Of a stretch of 64,000 nt of DNA, positions 37,301 through 49,803 are shown one piece after another (the first letter of the stretch is position 1; every line of letters begins with the position of its first letter). Under the pieces are notes generated by a model, which did no database searches, was not told the origin of the DNA, and worked only from the letters and a program-made list of their open reading frames with translations. A program made the position numbers and the translations under genes. This stretch comes from Octopus vulgaris (lineage: Eukaryota). Location: positions 109,058,001 to 109,122,000 of the forward strand of contig OX597820.1 of the NCBI GenBank assembly GCA_951406725.2. Direction: 5' to 3'.

Positions 37301-40298
37301 GGTTAGTACTGATCAAACAGGATTCATGTCTAACAGATACATTGGGGATAATGTAAGATTGATATACGATCTAATGAATTACACAGAATCAAATGACATA
37401 TCGGGAATGTTGTTTTTAATAGATTTTGAGAAGGCATTTGATTCTGTTTCATGGTCATTTATAAACAAGACACTAGCTTTTTTTGGCTTTGGTGATGACA
37501 TCCGTAAATGGTTTGATATTCTGTACAATGGAGCTAAATCTTGCCTATTAATTAATGGTACATTGTCTCCTTGTTTCCCTGTTGAGCGGGGATGTAGACA
37601 GAGTAATACTCTCTCTCCATATATTTTTATCCTATGTGTTGAGGTCCTGGCTACAGTAGACACCTTGAATTTCTTTGCTGATATATCCGGACTTAAAATT
37701 AACTATAAGTCTCAGGGGATATGGATAGGTTCAAGGAGTAGTGTAGTCAGATACTTACCTAATTTAAATATAAAATGGAACCCAAGTCACTTCAAGATTG
37801 TAGTTGTAATACTCTCAATAGATTTAAAGGACATAGCCAAAAAGAATTTTGAAAATAAATTATTTGAAATTCAGGTAATAATTAATAGATGGATGAAACG
37901 AATAATTACACCAATGGGTAGAATTGCAGTTATAAAATCACTACTCATTTCAAAATTGAACTACCTCTTCCTTACTCTACCAAATCCACTGGGTAAATTT
38001 CTTCAGGAACTAAACAAAATATTATTTAAATTTCTCTGGAGTGGGAAACCAGAAAAAAATTAAGAGAGCTGTTGCTTGTAAGCTTGTTAAAGGTGGACTT
38101 GGTATGGTAGAAGCTTTTGCTTACGTCAACTCTTTAAAACTATCCTGGATGAGAAAGTTGATGGACATTCACTATGAATCCAAATGGAAACTCTTATGCC
38201 ATGCTTCCTCCACAAAACTAAAAAATTTAGCTGTATTTGGTAACATTTTCCTGAGTAAACTAGCTAACACTATTGGGAATTATTTTTGGCATGATTGTAT
38301 TTTCTGTCTTTGACAAGTTTACAAATAAGATGGAGCCTAATTCATTTGATGAATTCAGAACCAATTTACTTTAATAAAAACTTAAGGGTCGGTAAAGAGG
38401 CAATCTTCTTTCCTGCATGGTTTGAGAGAAGTGTTAGCAAGATTTGTGACTTTATCAATTTAGATGGATCTTACTATACCCTGGAAGAATTCCAGAATTT
38501 ATTTAAACTAGATACAAATTTTCTCCAGTATAATGGGCTTATCAGGGCGATTAAAAGCTACCAAAAAAAGTTTAAAATAAGCAAACCTACTGCTTTCCAA
38601 CATTTAAAGGATAATACAGCTATCCAAAAGCTCATGTCTGTTAGGAAAGGAGCCAAATGATACTTCTATGTTTTAAATAATGTTGAGACTTAGTTAATAT
38701 TCGAACACAAATGGGAAGAGTGTATACTTGCTGAACTGGAATGGGAAAAATATTTTTACTACCTATAAAGACAACAACAGATACTAAGTTACGATGGTTC
38801 CAGTTTAGAATTATACACAATATTTTAGCAACTAATTCTCTATTATTCAAGATTAAACTTGCCAAAAGCAACCTGTGCACTTTTTGTCAACATGATGTGG
38901 AGATGGTGTCACACCTTTTCTGGTATTGTGAATGTGTACGAGTCTTCTGGCAATGCTTCTTAGATTTGCTGTATGAAAAGTGCATACATGAAACTTGACC
39001 CACAGCTCATTCTATTTGGATTGAGAAAAAACACATATACTGATGGCATCTTTGACTTGCTAATATTATTAGCAAAATTTTTTATATACAAAAGCAAAAT
39101 AGCAAAAAACACTCTCAACTTCAAACATTTTAGAAACTTTGTGCACGACAGATATCTAATTGAAAAAACAGATCATACAAGGAAAACAAGCGAGATGAAT
39201 TTTATAGAAAATGAAGGCTCTACCTTGAGTTTGTATACACATGGTAGTCCTCTAGTGTTACTTCTTGTAGAACTGTATTATGATTTTATGAGTGATTGAC
39301 AATTAAGTGTGTAGTCTATTTTATTTTCTTCTATTTATTTATTTTTTATTCATCCTGTTCTCTCTCTTCTCTTTATTTGTTTTTTTAAAATTTTATTTAT
39401 AAGTTTATTTTTTGTTTCGTTCTCTTACAAAAATAAAAGAGTCCTGTTCTCCATTTGTTTTATACAAAACTTCATGGTCCCCTGGCCGTGCTGTTTCATA
39501 TTATAACAGGGAAAACTGGAAATAAAAGGTTAATTAAAAAATAAGTTTGTCCCCCACCTCTAGCCCATTGAGTAGAAAGAACATCACATCAAAGTCTGTC
39601 TAGATCTCTGTCAGTGTGTCACTGACGACCCATCCTTTATATCAAAAATTATCAACAGTGACAAGAGTTGGATCTACAGGTACAACCCTGAGATGAAACA
39701 GCAATTGTCACAATGGAAGAGCCCTTCATCTCCATGACCGAAGAAGGCACAACAGAGCTGCAGCTCGATCAAGAGCACGATCATCATTTTTTTTTCAACA
39801 TCCATGGTATTGTGCAGGGCCAGACCATCAATTGAGAGTTCTACTGCAACATTTTGAAGTGTTCAACAGAAGACATTTAGCGAAAGCAACCAGATCTGTT
39901 GAGCATGAAGAATTGGATTCTTTACAACAAAATACCTTGTTAGTGAGCTCTCTTCACTCATGGGTTTCTCGCCAAAAACAATATGGTATCGCTTCTGCAC
40001 CTGCCCTATTTGCCAGATTTAGTACCTGTGGACTTCCCTCTCTTCCTCAAGATGAAAAAATGCAGCTCAAAGGTCACTGTTTTAACACCATTATTGAGAT
40101 GAAGAGTGAATTGCAGAAGGTCCATGATACACTTACAGAAAATGACTTCCAGGTTGGATTCCAAAAGTGGCAAGAAAGCCATGACCAGTGTATTGCTGCA
40201 CAAGGTGACTGTTTTGAAGGAGATGATGTTAAAATTCAGGTAAATAAGTTATTTTTTATGAAACATAATTAGTCCAGGGACTTTTTGATACCATCCTG
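34373..40298 (+). mobile_element. Mariner with both TIRs and TA TSD, split by a Tx1 insertion
   Basis: TA|CAAGGTGATATCAAAACATTCCCGGACTA ... TAGTCCAGGGACTTTTTGATACCATCCTG|TA. N-terminus MDRKLEQRINMQFC (ORF 34543) and C-terminus ...QCIAAQGDCFEGD (ORF 39832). Confidence 0.88.
34884..39542 (+). mobile_element. Defective Tx1-clade LINE (ORF1 plus ORF2 lacking endonuclease and YADD) with ~16-bp TSD
   Basis: TSD AAGTTTTCCCCCCCACC (34867-34883) / AAGTTTGTCCCCCACC (39543-39558). ORF1 pieces 35124-36327 are homologous to ORF1 at 13690. ORF2 pieces KSPGSDGF, NWRPISLLN, IDFEKAFDSV, CTFC..HLFWYC. AATAAA at 39521. Confidence 0.88.
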
Positions 40299-43215
40299 TA
40301 CACTTGACTTTTAAAGTTCTTGCATATTCTATCAAAGTCAAGACTAACTAGTTTTTTGTTTAAGGTTTCACATACATCTCTATCAGTTTCAATTTTGTAA
40401 TATCCATGTACTTTGAAGTCTGCACCCCACTAATATGAATCTTTTTACAGATTCATATTTAAACTTTCTTCACACTATCCTGTGATCTGTGTCACGTTTT
40501 GAGTCTTGCATCATTTGCACATTACATGGATTGCTATGGTCACATTCGTGAATGATAACAAGAATTATGTGGCCATTCCTAGATCTCAGTTAAGTCCATG
40601 TGCTAAAATTTTTGATGAAATTTTTTTATGCAAACGACAAAGTCTAAGTAACTTTAAACCATTAGCATTCACTTTAATGACACCATGATGGCCAGATATA
40701 TCCCATGTTTTATAAACTCTATGAGCTCATTCATTGAAACTGCCAAGAATGATCAGTTTTTCATCAACCAGTGTGGATATAATAGTAGTATGAAGATTTT
40801 GTACTAAGTCAAGATAATTTCTTCATTGGCTTGGAGAGTTGGAGCATAAACTGACAAAATTGTCACACACTGTCTATAGGAAAAAGAAAAGCAAAGCTTT
40901 ATTATGCAACCAGTGATTCTAAAAGGACACTTTAAATGTTCTACAAAAGTTATTCTGATCACAGAACTGACACCACACTCTCTGTTTGCTTTTTGATTTG
41001 CCAACCCAGAAGAATGATGATATTTCAGTAAGCTAATCTTTCTTGGAGAGACATTTTTCAGACAAAGCTGCAATATCTATGTGTAATTACTGATCTTCAT
41101 TCAGGAAAATTAGATGACATTTGGTCCAGGTGGATCTAACATTCCAGGAACAAATATTGAGTTTAACTGAGTCTTTTGCAAATACTTTAGTATGTTTTAC
41201 ATTTTTCCTGTTCCTGCTTAAATGAACTACCTCTAATCGCAGGAAGCTAACCAGCATCAATGTGACAGGCAGTGTTTAGTGCATCTTTTCTAGCACCTTC
41301 TTAAAAAAGAAGGCTGCTCAGTCACAAGAAGGTCCACAGGACTTGGTCCTCATCGCAGGAAGACACAGCAACAATGTTAGGATAAAACTTGTTATCTATG
41401 TACAGATTTGTACCTGCACTTCCAACTGGTTAGGTTCCACACATCACCACCTTCCATCACCATAGGATTTCCAATAGATGGAATGTCAAATGACAAATGA
41501 GGTCACCATAAAGAGACATCTGTACGTCATTGGATTAAAGTGATAAATGCTTGCACAAAATGAGCACTGCTGACTGAGTCTCTGATTAGGACTCAGTGCA
41601 GTGACAGAGCAAAGCAAGATGATCAGTAATTGCATTAAACTAGGTTTTGCAGCTGTGTTTCCTTCTCCTAGAAGGATTCTGTGACAACAGTTACAAGTCA
41701 CTCCTGGTGATTTTAATTGGATGACTGTTGACTCTCCTAAGTTCATCTGCCCTTTGACAGGTCTTGTCTTTCATCCCACAGGGTGTTCAAAAGCCACCTT
41801 ACTTACCATACAGGCTTGGTAATGTCAGCTTCAACCCCAACAACCCAATCATGCAACACAATGTACTGAGTTACATGTTAGCAGCAGCACTCAAGAGTAG
41901 CTTCTCACACTTGTACATGCACACAGACTGGTGTATGTTTTGTGAAGAGTTTTTCTTATGGAAGCATTTTTACATCTACCTCATAATAACACTCTCAAGA
42001 TAAGCTGTAAATATTACAATTCAAAAACTCCTAGTTTGTGAGATCCTTGAGATTTTCAGGATGGTTTGAAGTTAATAAATTTTCTAAAAGAATTAGCAAT
42101 GTCTCTGAATCCTCCCCAACTGGTAAATGAAACCTAAGTTGTATGCTTAATGCTCTCTGAGAATAAATTTTTAAGTCATGGTATTCACCTGCAACCTTGA
42201 AATCACGTTTGCATATTTAGTATATATCATATGATTCATTTGATGAAATATATAATTTCTTTTTGTGCATCCTCTGTACATTTCATACAGTGAATATATA
42301 ATTTACTACATTTTAAATGGTGAATATATAATTTCCTATCTTGCATCTTTACATATCCTGCATAGTAACTGTGGGTGATGCAAAAGATCCTTACAATTGC
42401 TTCATCAGTAGTTAAAATCAGTCTTGAAACCTAGATAAATATAATTTTTAGCCTTTAGCTTACTATCAACTCAGTACGAGAGTCATGTGTTTTGTCTTTG
42501 TAGTTCAGATTTTTTGCAAAGGTAAAATACTTTAGATATATAAAAGTGAGAAATAAGAAGTTACTATGTTCATTTGCTCAGGGATTTATGTGCAATTACA
42601 CAGTACTGAAATTGGTTAAAGTAGAATCTATTTACAGTTTGGTAAGCTAGATTGTAAGTATGATAACATTAACAGGATGGGGATCATTGTTTTCTCAACC
42701 CTCTATCCACTTGGTCAACTGCAACTAATAAATGAAATGATTACAAACAGAAACGAAACTGGTTTACCAATTTACAGCAGTAAAACTGTTCATTAAGACC
42801 ATTAACTGCTCATGGTTGTCTTTTGTAGCAAGTTTGAGTTGCTTATCACTGCACATGTTCACAACCAGATCCTGGATCCAGTGATACAGCAGACTGAAAC
42901 AATAGACTTTAAACTGAGGCTCAGCACTAAAGCAGGTTGATAAAATATTTATCAATTTTACAGTGTTTCCATTATCTACAACAAGTAGCTTCTACCTATT
43001 TATAATACTATAGCATTTTAAGAGTTAAGTGTCTGTGATTGGATACAAACCTCTCATTTGGTTGTGTGCTACTCCGACTTGCTATTATTGCTGCTACAGT
43101 AAATGTTAATTCTTAGAACTTATTGACTTCAAATTATCACTCTCTCATCATACATGTTGCATTACCACCGTAGCATGTCAGAAAAGTTATTTTAGTGATT
43201 GCATCATAGCACAGT

Positions 43216-45000
43216 TGTGCTATGGCATTCTCCAGCCAATCAGAGCTGGGTACATATGAATACCAAAAGCAGTTATCTGCCCAAGAAGTGAAGCAGGAGT
43301 TTTAATCAGTTTGCAGATAGATGGCAGACAAGCAACATCTCTCTTTCAACATGGAACAACCTCTTTGTTTTTCACACTAATTTTGTGCCACTAGCTCTGA
43401 ATTATACCAGCTCTCAACCTGCCATAGCATGGGAACAACCTCTTTGTATTTCACACCAACTTCATGCAGCTATTTCTGAATTATATCAGCTCTTGACTTA
43501 TCACATTTATTTATGCCAACCTCACTCTGCTAAATTCTGGATGACATCAGCCCACTACTCTGGTTATGTTATGAGCGGTATATTTTTGTTTGTGTTAGTT
43601 CCACTCCTATTAGCTTATAATGACTTCCAACAAAATCTGTTTTTCAAATGTAAGTTATAAAACTTTCCCTGACTTATGCATACACACAGGCTATGTTCTT
43701 ACTACTTGTCAGCTCTCATTAATAAAGAATATTTTTGTATAAAAACTGCCTTCTGATAAGTTTCCTTTTACTAACTTTCATACTATAAATTAGCAACCAC
43801 CTACACCTATTTCTTTGTGAACTATTTCCAAATTATAATAAAAAGAGAAATTTGAACAACTTGTGACATCCTTTACACACTGATACAACTACACACACTT
43901 AAAAATGATATTGAACAGTACAGAGCAAACAAAAACTACGAAAATGAGTGAAGCTAACTTGTAAAATCTGTCTATTATATTTTGAGCTATCATGTTGTGA
44001 TTGCTATTTAAGTTCAGATGGAAAACATTTCTTTTGTGCCTGTTTTGAATTTCTCTTACAACCATGTGGGTGCATTTGGTTTTCAAGGTGGCTACCCTTC
44101 TTGTTGACTTTTCATTTCCCTGCTTAACCTCGGGGTGCCTTGTGCATGCATGATGGTACCTAGAATGCATGCCTTGTCTCAATTAGGATTCTATTTTTCC
44201 TGCTTGCCACCGTGGTCACACCATTGACTAAGGTAGCATTTGACCTCTACCAGACAAAGTGCAATTTTATCAGCAATTTCATCAGCAACACTTGCAACTG
44301 CTTGCCCTTTTCTCTCAGCTGAAATGCATTGCAGCATGTTCAGTCATGAATTGCTGGCGATTTACCTTTCTGTGAAGCAGATCCGGTACAACTTTGAAGG
44401 AAGGAACTTCAGTATATATACTGACCACAGGGCTGTTTGCATATGAATACCAAAGGCAGTTTTCTGCCCATAAAGTGAAGCAGAAGTTTTAATCAGTTAG
44501 CAGATAGACAGCAGACAAGCAACAACTCCCTTTCAACATGGAACAGCTGCTTTGTTTTTCACACCAACTTCATGCTGCTAGCGCTGAATTATACCAGCTC
44601 TCAACTTGCCACAGTATGGGAACAACCTCTTTGTTTTTCATACCAACTTTGTGCAGCTAACTCTGAATTATATCAGCTCTTGACTTGTTACATCATGAAC
44701 AGCCTATTTCATTTATGCCAACTTCACTCCACAAAATTCTGGATGACATCAGATCACTACTCTGGTCATGTTATGAGTGGTATATTTTTGTTTATGCTAG
44801 CTCCGTTCTTATTAGCTTATAATGACTTCCAACAAAATCTATTTTTCAAACGTAAATTATAAAGCTTTCCTTGACTCATGCATACATACAGGCTACACTC
44901 TTACTACTTGTCAGCTCTCATTAATAAAGAATATTTTTGTATAAAAATTGCCTTCTGATAAGTTTCCTTTTACCAACTTTCACACTATAAATTAGTGACC
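43216..45000 (+). mobile_element. Two diverged Gypsy-type LTR copies with an RNase H remnant between them
   Basis: Direct repeats 43253-43793 and 44440-44995, each with AATAAA and ending ...CACTATA|AATTAG(TGACC), which resembles an LTR-PBS junction. ORF 44240-44446 contains ELLAIYLSVKQIRYNFEGRNFSIYTDH. Confidence 0.7.
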
Positions 45001-46476
45001 GCACTAACCATTTCTCACTGTACTCTTTTATTATATGTCAGTCCTTCACCTGTCCTCCCTCTCCTTCTCCCTCATCATTTTAATATCTGCTCTCCATGGT
45101 GGTATGAGTTGGATGATTTGAGAGGGTCCAGTGAGCTGAATAGCAGCATTGTGCTCTTATGTCTACTTTGGCATGGTTTCTATAGTTGAATACCCTTCCT
45201 CATGCATGCCACCACAGAGTATACTGAATATTTTGTGAAGATTTAAGGCTAGGTGATGAGAGAGTGTGAAATATGAGGAGAGGAATAGATTTATTGTGGT
45301 TGTGAGAGGGTGGCTGTAGGAAGAGCAATTGTAGTCACTAAAGGGGAAGGAGTATGGAAAGAAAGAGAGAGGATTAATGTCACTGATAAGTGAGAAAGAG
45401 TGGACAGTGCTAACAATGATGAAATAGGTTGTGAGGGTCGAGAGTTACTCCATATTGTAAGGGTGAGTATGGGCAGAAAGTGTGAGGGAAAGAGTACATG
45501 AAAACAAGAAAATAGATGATGGTCGTGTGAATCCATAAGAATCACTGAAGAAAGAGAAGGAGAGGTGAGAGAGAGTATTGAGATGACAGAGAGGGTGTTG
45601 AGATGGCAGAGAAGGTGTGGGAAGAAGACAGAGAAAAAGAGGCAGATAGAGAGTGATGAGCAGCAGTGGAAGAACAAGCATCACAGGTGATGAGAGTGTG
45701 ATGATTGAAGTGAGTGGGAAGCTAGATCGAGAAGGGATGATTGGCCCAGGTTGAGCGATGAGGATGGAGCAATAAAGTCTCATGCATAGGCTTGGTTGAG
45801 GATGGAGGAGGTAGAGTGGTATGTGGGGCAACCATTCATAGTTCATGAGCTTTGTGGATAATGGGGAGGTAAGAAATGGAGGAGTATAGGTGACAGAAGG
45901 AAGAGATGGCTGAAGTGAATGGGGGAATGGATGGAAGTGGGAAGATGATTAACAAAGAGGAGGAGAAGTGGGGTCAGGGGTACAAAGTTAACTAATATCA
46001 TCTTCCTACACTCACTCTCTGAATTCTTCCAATATTTGGAATGACATGTTTCTTCAGTGTTTTGTTCATTATCTACCAATACTCAACTATAAAGAAACAA
46101 ACTATTTTACTTACTTTTTGCAAAGACAAACTCTTCCCTCCTCCTCCTCCTCCTCATCATCAACAACAACAACAATGCAATAAAGTACATTATTACTTGT
46201 GTTAATCCTGTGTCATCTCATTTTTTGAAATCAAAATTCTTAAATGTGATTTTGCCACTTCTCATGTATTGCTTGGCACACAACACTTCCTCATTCATTT
46301 ATATTACAGGTTCACCATCTCTCTTACATGAAATTGAATTATAAGTTAATGTTGCACATTCAATGGAATCTTTTATTTTGCTTCTTCCTTCACATGTATC
46401 CATTCCACAACTGTACTGTCATGTCTATTACAAGTGTGTCTGCTGTTTATACAAATATAAAAACCATTTGGTCCCC

Positions 46477-46925
46477 GCAGAATAAACAACCCTCCTTCTT
46501 ACTTCCCATTCTTACCTATTAGATGCTCTATCTATAATACTTACATTTTTATCTCAAAATTACATCATCAAACTAACAAGATATTGTCTTGTTGGGATAT
46601 GACTTTTTGTCATTATTTAGCATACAGGTAGGGATTCACTAGGGTTATTCATCACTACTCGTATTCATCATAGTCCTCCAGGCCATAACAGAGGAATTCA
46701 AAACTGGGGCCCATGGGAACCACTATATGCTGAAGACCTCACTCTTATTGCAGAATCTGTAGCAAAATTGGAGAAGAAATTCTGAGTAGTTTTCAGTCAT
46801 ATCCCAACAAGCCAATATCTTGTTAGTTTGGTGATGTAATTTTGATGAGATGAAGATGAAACTATTGTAGATAGAACATCTAATAGGTAAGAATGGGAAG
46901 TAAGAAGGTGGGTTGTTTATTCTGC
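46477..46925. repeat. ~128-bp inverted repeat flanking an RTE RT fragment
   Basis: 46477-46604 is the reverse complement of 46795-46925 with few mismatches. The spacer resembles 21220-21375 (...ATAGTCCTCCAGGC..ACAGAGGAATTCAA..TATGCTGAAGACC). Confidence 0.8.
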
Positions 46926-47379
46926 ATCTAGAGAAGACCTGCCCATGAGAGTGAACCTGAGTTCTAGAAGCATTGTGTTCCACCCACACATAACATTTTC
47001 ACACACCCTACCCAACAAACCAAACTACATACCCCTTTCCCAAACTATTTCTCTTCTCTTCCTCACATTTCCTTTTCATACACTCCCCACTCCAGTCCTC
47101 ACTACCCTTCTCACTATGTCATTGCTTCCCCCACCCCTCACCCTCTATATACCTAGATTCTCACCAGTCATAGCATTCCCCACCTCCACCAACTTCTTGG
47201 CAATACCCCTCCAGACCTTGCTGTCTCCTACTTTCTCTTCCTTATTTATATATTCGCCTTTTGGTTTTTTTGCTAACTAGCCAACTATATTATTGTTCTA
47301 CAGTTCTATATTTAAGAGATGAGGAATTATGTACATTATTTACATTTGACGGATATCTGTCTTCATCTTGTTTGTTGTT

Positions 47380-47425
47380 AACACAACGTTTCAGCTGATA
47401 TACTCTCCAGCCTTCATCAGGTGTC
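47380..47425 (-). ncRNA. Minimal type I hammerhead ribozyme motif
   Basis: Minus strand reads GACAC-CTGATGA-A-GGCTG-GAGAGTATAT-CAGCT-GAA-ACGT-T-GTGTT; stem II GGCTG/CAGCT pairs with one G-U. Confidence 0.7.
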
Positions 47426-47530
47426 TTGGGGAAATTTCGAAAATATTAGATTTATAAGCCCTGAAAATTCACTTCCATAATTGCCCACAGGTATAAACCC
47501 CAAGATTCCAAGTTCAATTCCAGGCAGTGA

Positions 47531-47572
<42 letters not shown>

Positions 47573-47621
47573 CATCGAAAAATACCTTAGGAATGAAAAC
47601 CCAGGTTTGAAATTTCCCCAA

Positions 47622-47667
47622 GACACCTGATGAAAGCTGGAGGGTATATCATCCGAAACGTTGTGTT
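47622..47667 (+). ncRNA. Minimal type I hammerhead ribozyme motif (stem II mutated)
   Basis: GACAC-CTGATGA-A-AGCTG-GAGGGTATAT-CATCC-GAA-ACGT-T-GTGTT: helix I GACAC/GTGTT, with palindromic ACGT in place of helix III. Confidence 0.6.
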
Positions 47668-47841
47668 AGCAACAAACAAGATGAGGACAAATATCCGTCA
47701 AATGTAAATAATGTACATAATGTATATTATTGTTGCATTTCGGGATTTTTTTATTTTTTTGCCAAATGAAACACACGCTATATAATTTTTTCTTCACTCG
47801 TTTAATACTATTCTTATTTTATTATTTTCAATCATGTCCAT

Positions 47842-47887
47842 TGTCCGGAAATCTTTCGTCACATATCTGTGACATCTTCAGTGACAC
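47842..47887 (-). ncRNA. Hammerhead-like motif from a second Penelope-like family
   Basis: Minus strand reads GTGTCA-CTGAAGA-T-GTCACA-GATA-TGTGAC-GAAA-GATTTC-CGGACA, with a perfect 6-bp stem II. Confidence 0.55.
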
Positions 47888-48359
47888 TTTTCGTTTCCAT
47901 GTGTGTTCTTGCTCCATTTATTCCATTCTGTTCTTCTTAGATGTGTATCCTTATGTGTGCATGTGTTTGTGTCCTTGTTTGTGTGTGTGTGTGTGTGGCC
48001 TTCCCCTCAGCCCCATCCTTTCACCCCATTGTGCTGCTGCTGTTCTAAGACCTGAATAAAAAAAATGGTAGAGTTCCTGTATTCCTCTGTGTATGTGTGT
48101 TTGTCCACAAAGTTGTCATCATGGTATTTGTTGTTGTTATTGCCATCACTGGCACTGCTGCTGCTGGCCGTGTTAGTTTTGTTGTTAACATTGTTATGAC
48201 CATCCATGAAGTTTCATGTGTGTGTGTATGGGTTCGCTTCATATGTATCCATGCTCTTTATATAGTTTTATTTATTTTGTCTATCTCTGTCTTACATTTA
48301 TCACAGGTATGTGACAGATATATGTATCTATCTGTTTATATATTTATTTATTTACAGTG

Positions 48360-48720
48360 AAAGCTGGTTGCAGTGAAAGCTCATATATGCCAGCTGTGGT
48401 TTAAAAGGTTTAAAGATGGTGATTTTGACATATCCAACAAGCCTCATGCTGGAAGATCACCTACTCTGAATGATGACCTTTTGAATGAGACTATTGCATC
48501 AGATCTACACCAACGCACCAGAAATTTGGTGCAAAAATTTAATGTGTCATGTTCCAATATCCATGAACATCTCAAGCAAATTGTGAATACATGCAAAGAG
48601 GGAATTTGGATTCCACATGAGTTTACGCTCGAAAATGAAACAATGTTCCACTATCTACAACATTCTTATAACCATGAGTAACAACCTGTCATTTCTGTAG
48701 TGCATTGTTACAGGCAGCAA
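48360..48720 (+). mobile_element. Mariner transposase fragment
   Basis: ORF 48373-48681 has WFKRFKDGDFDISNKPHAGRS and GIWIPHEFT (WVPHEL motif). Confidence 0.85.
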
Positions 48721-48929
48721 GACCCACTGAGGAGATCTAACAGGAATATCTCAGGGATTGAAATCACGGGATATGGGTATATCTGCATTCTCGTTTGTGA
48801 TTGTCCATTGCCTTGGTATGGTGTCTATTTTATCTCACCTCCCTGATTTCGTCAGCCTGTTAACTTCCAGTGCTTGTGGCTAATTGAGTTGATTTTGTCA
48901 CCTATTTTGAGCAAAACTGGTGCTGTCTT

Positions 48930-49720
48930 AATGTCTGAATTGAACATGCAGCATTTAACTGCCAAATTTGTCTTGTACCTGCTGACCACTAAGTAGAAAG
49001 AACATCACATCAAAGTCTGTCAAGATCTCCATCAGTGTGCTGCTGATGACCTTCATGTCAAGGATCATCACAGTTGTGTCTATGGGTGTGACCCTGAGAT
49101 GAAGCAGCAGTTGTCACAATGGAAGAGCCCTTCATCTCCACAACGAAAGAAGGCATGACAAAGTTGTAGCTCGATCAAGAGCATGATCATCATTTTTGTT
49201 TTGACACTCATGGTATTGTACAAGAATTTGTCCCCAGGTCCAGAACATCAATTGAAATTCTACTGTGACATTTTGAAGTATTTGAGAGAAGATATTCACC
49301 GAAAGTGTCTTGATCTGCGGAGCATGAAGAACTGCATTCTTCATAAAATACCCTGTCACCAACCTCTCTTCACTCACGAGCTTCTCACCAAAAAACATGG
49401 TATCACTTTTGCTCCAACCCTATTCATCAGATTTAGCATCTGAAAACTTTCACCCCTTCCCCAAGATGAAAATGCAGCTCAAAGGTTGCTGTTTTACCAC
49501 TGTTGTTGAGATCAAAAGTGAATTGCAAAAGGTCCTCGACTTACTTATGGAAAACAACTTTCAGGCTGGATTCCAAAAGTGGTACAAAGGCTGGAACCGG
49601 AGTATTGCTGTGCAAGGTGACTATGTAGGAGATGATGTTAAAATTTAGGTAAATAAGTTATTTTTTCTATTAAACATTTAAATGTAACTAATCTGGGAAC
49701 TTTTTAATAGCACCTTATGT
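48930..49720 (+). mobile_element. Mariner 3' half, same family as 34373-40298
   Basis: Colinear with 39560-40298 (AGTAGAAAGAACATCACATCAAAGTCTGTC...); PYSSDLA motif and right TIR remnant. Shows the uninterrupted form of the Tx1 target site at about 48961. Confidence 0.85.
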
Positions 49721-49755
49721 ATGTATGTATGTATGCATGCATGCATGCATGCATG

Positions 49756-49796
<41 letters not shown>

Positions 49797-49803
<7 letters not shown>

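Larger units (their letters stand above)
33880..41760 (-). mobile_element. Old RTE (BovB-like) LINE split by a mariner at 34371-40300
   Basis: APE remnant TILSVYAPTLQA (40804-41073), HKDWFDDYD just left of 34370, and ORF 33936-34322 (LKLFYGVLHEVFGP). The reading continues across the mariner TA. Confidence 0.7.
47326..47721. mobile_element. Penelope-type inverted pLTR fragments carrying hammerhead ribozyme motifs
   Basis: Arms 47326-47441 and 47607-47721 are inverted copies around a spacer containing (AAT)n. Each arm has CTGATGA...GAAACGTT. Confidence 0.75.

Noticed and set aside
45135-46080. Minus-strand ORFs of 78-133 aa in GA-rich DNA, and other antisense ORFs over LINEs
   Set aside because: Low-complexity LINE UTR-like sequence or shadows of transposon ORFs; no domain or splice support.
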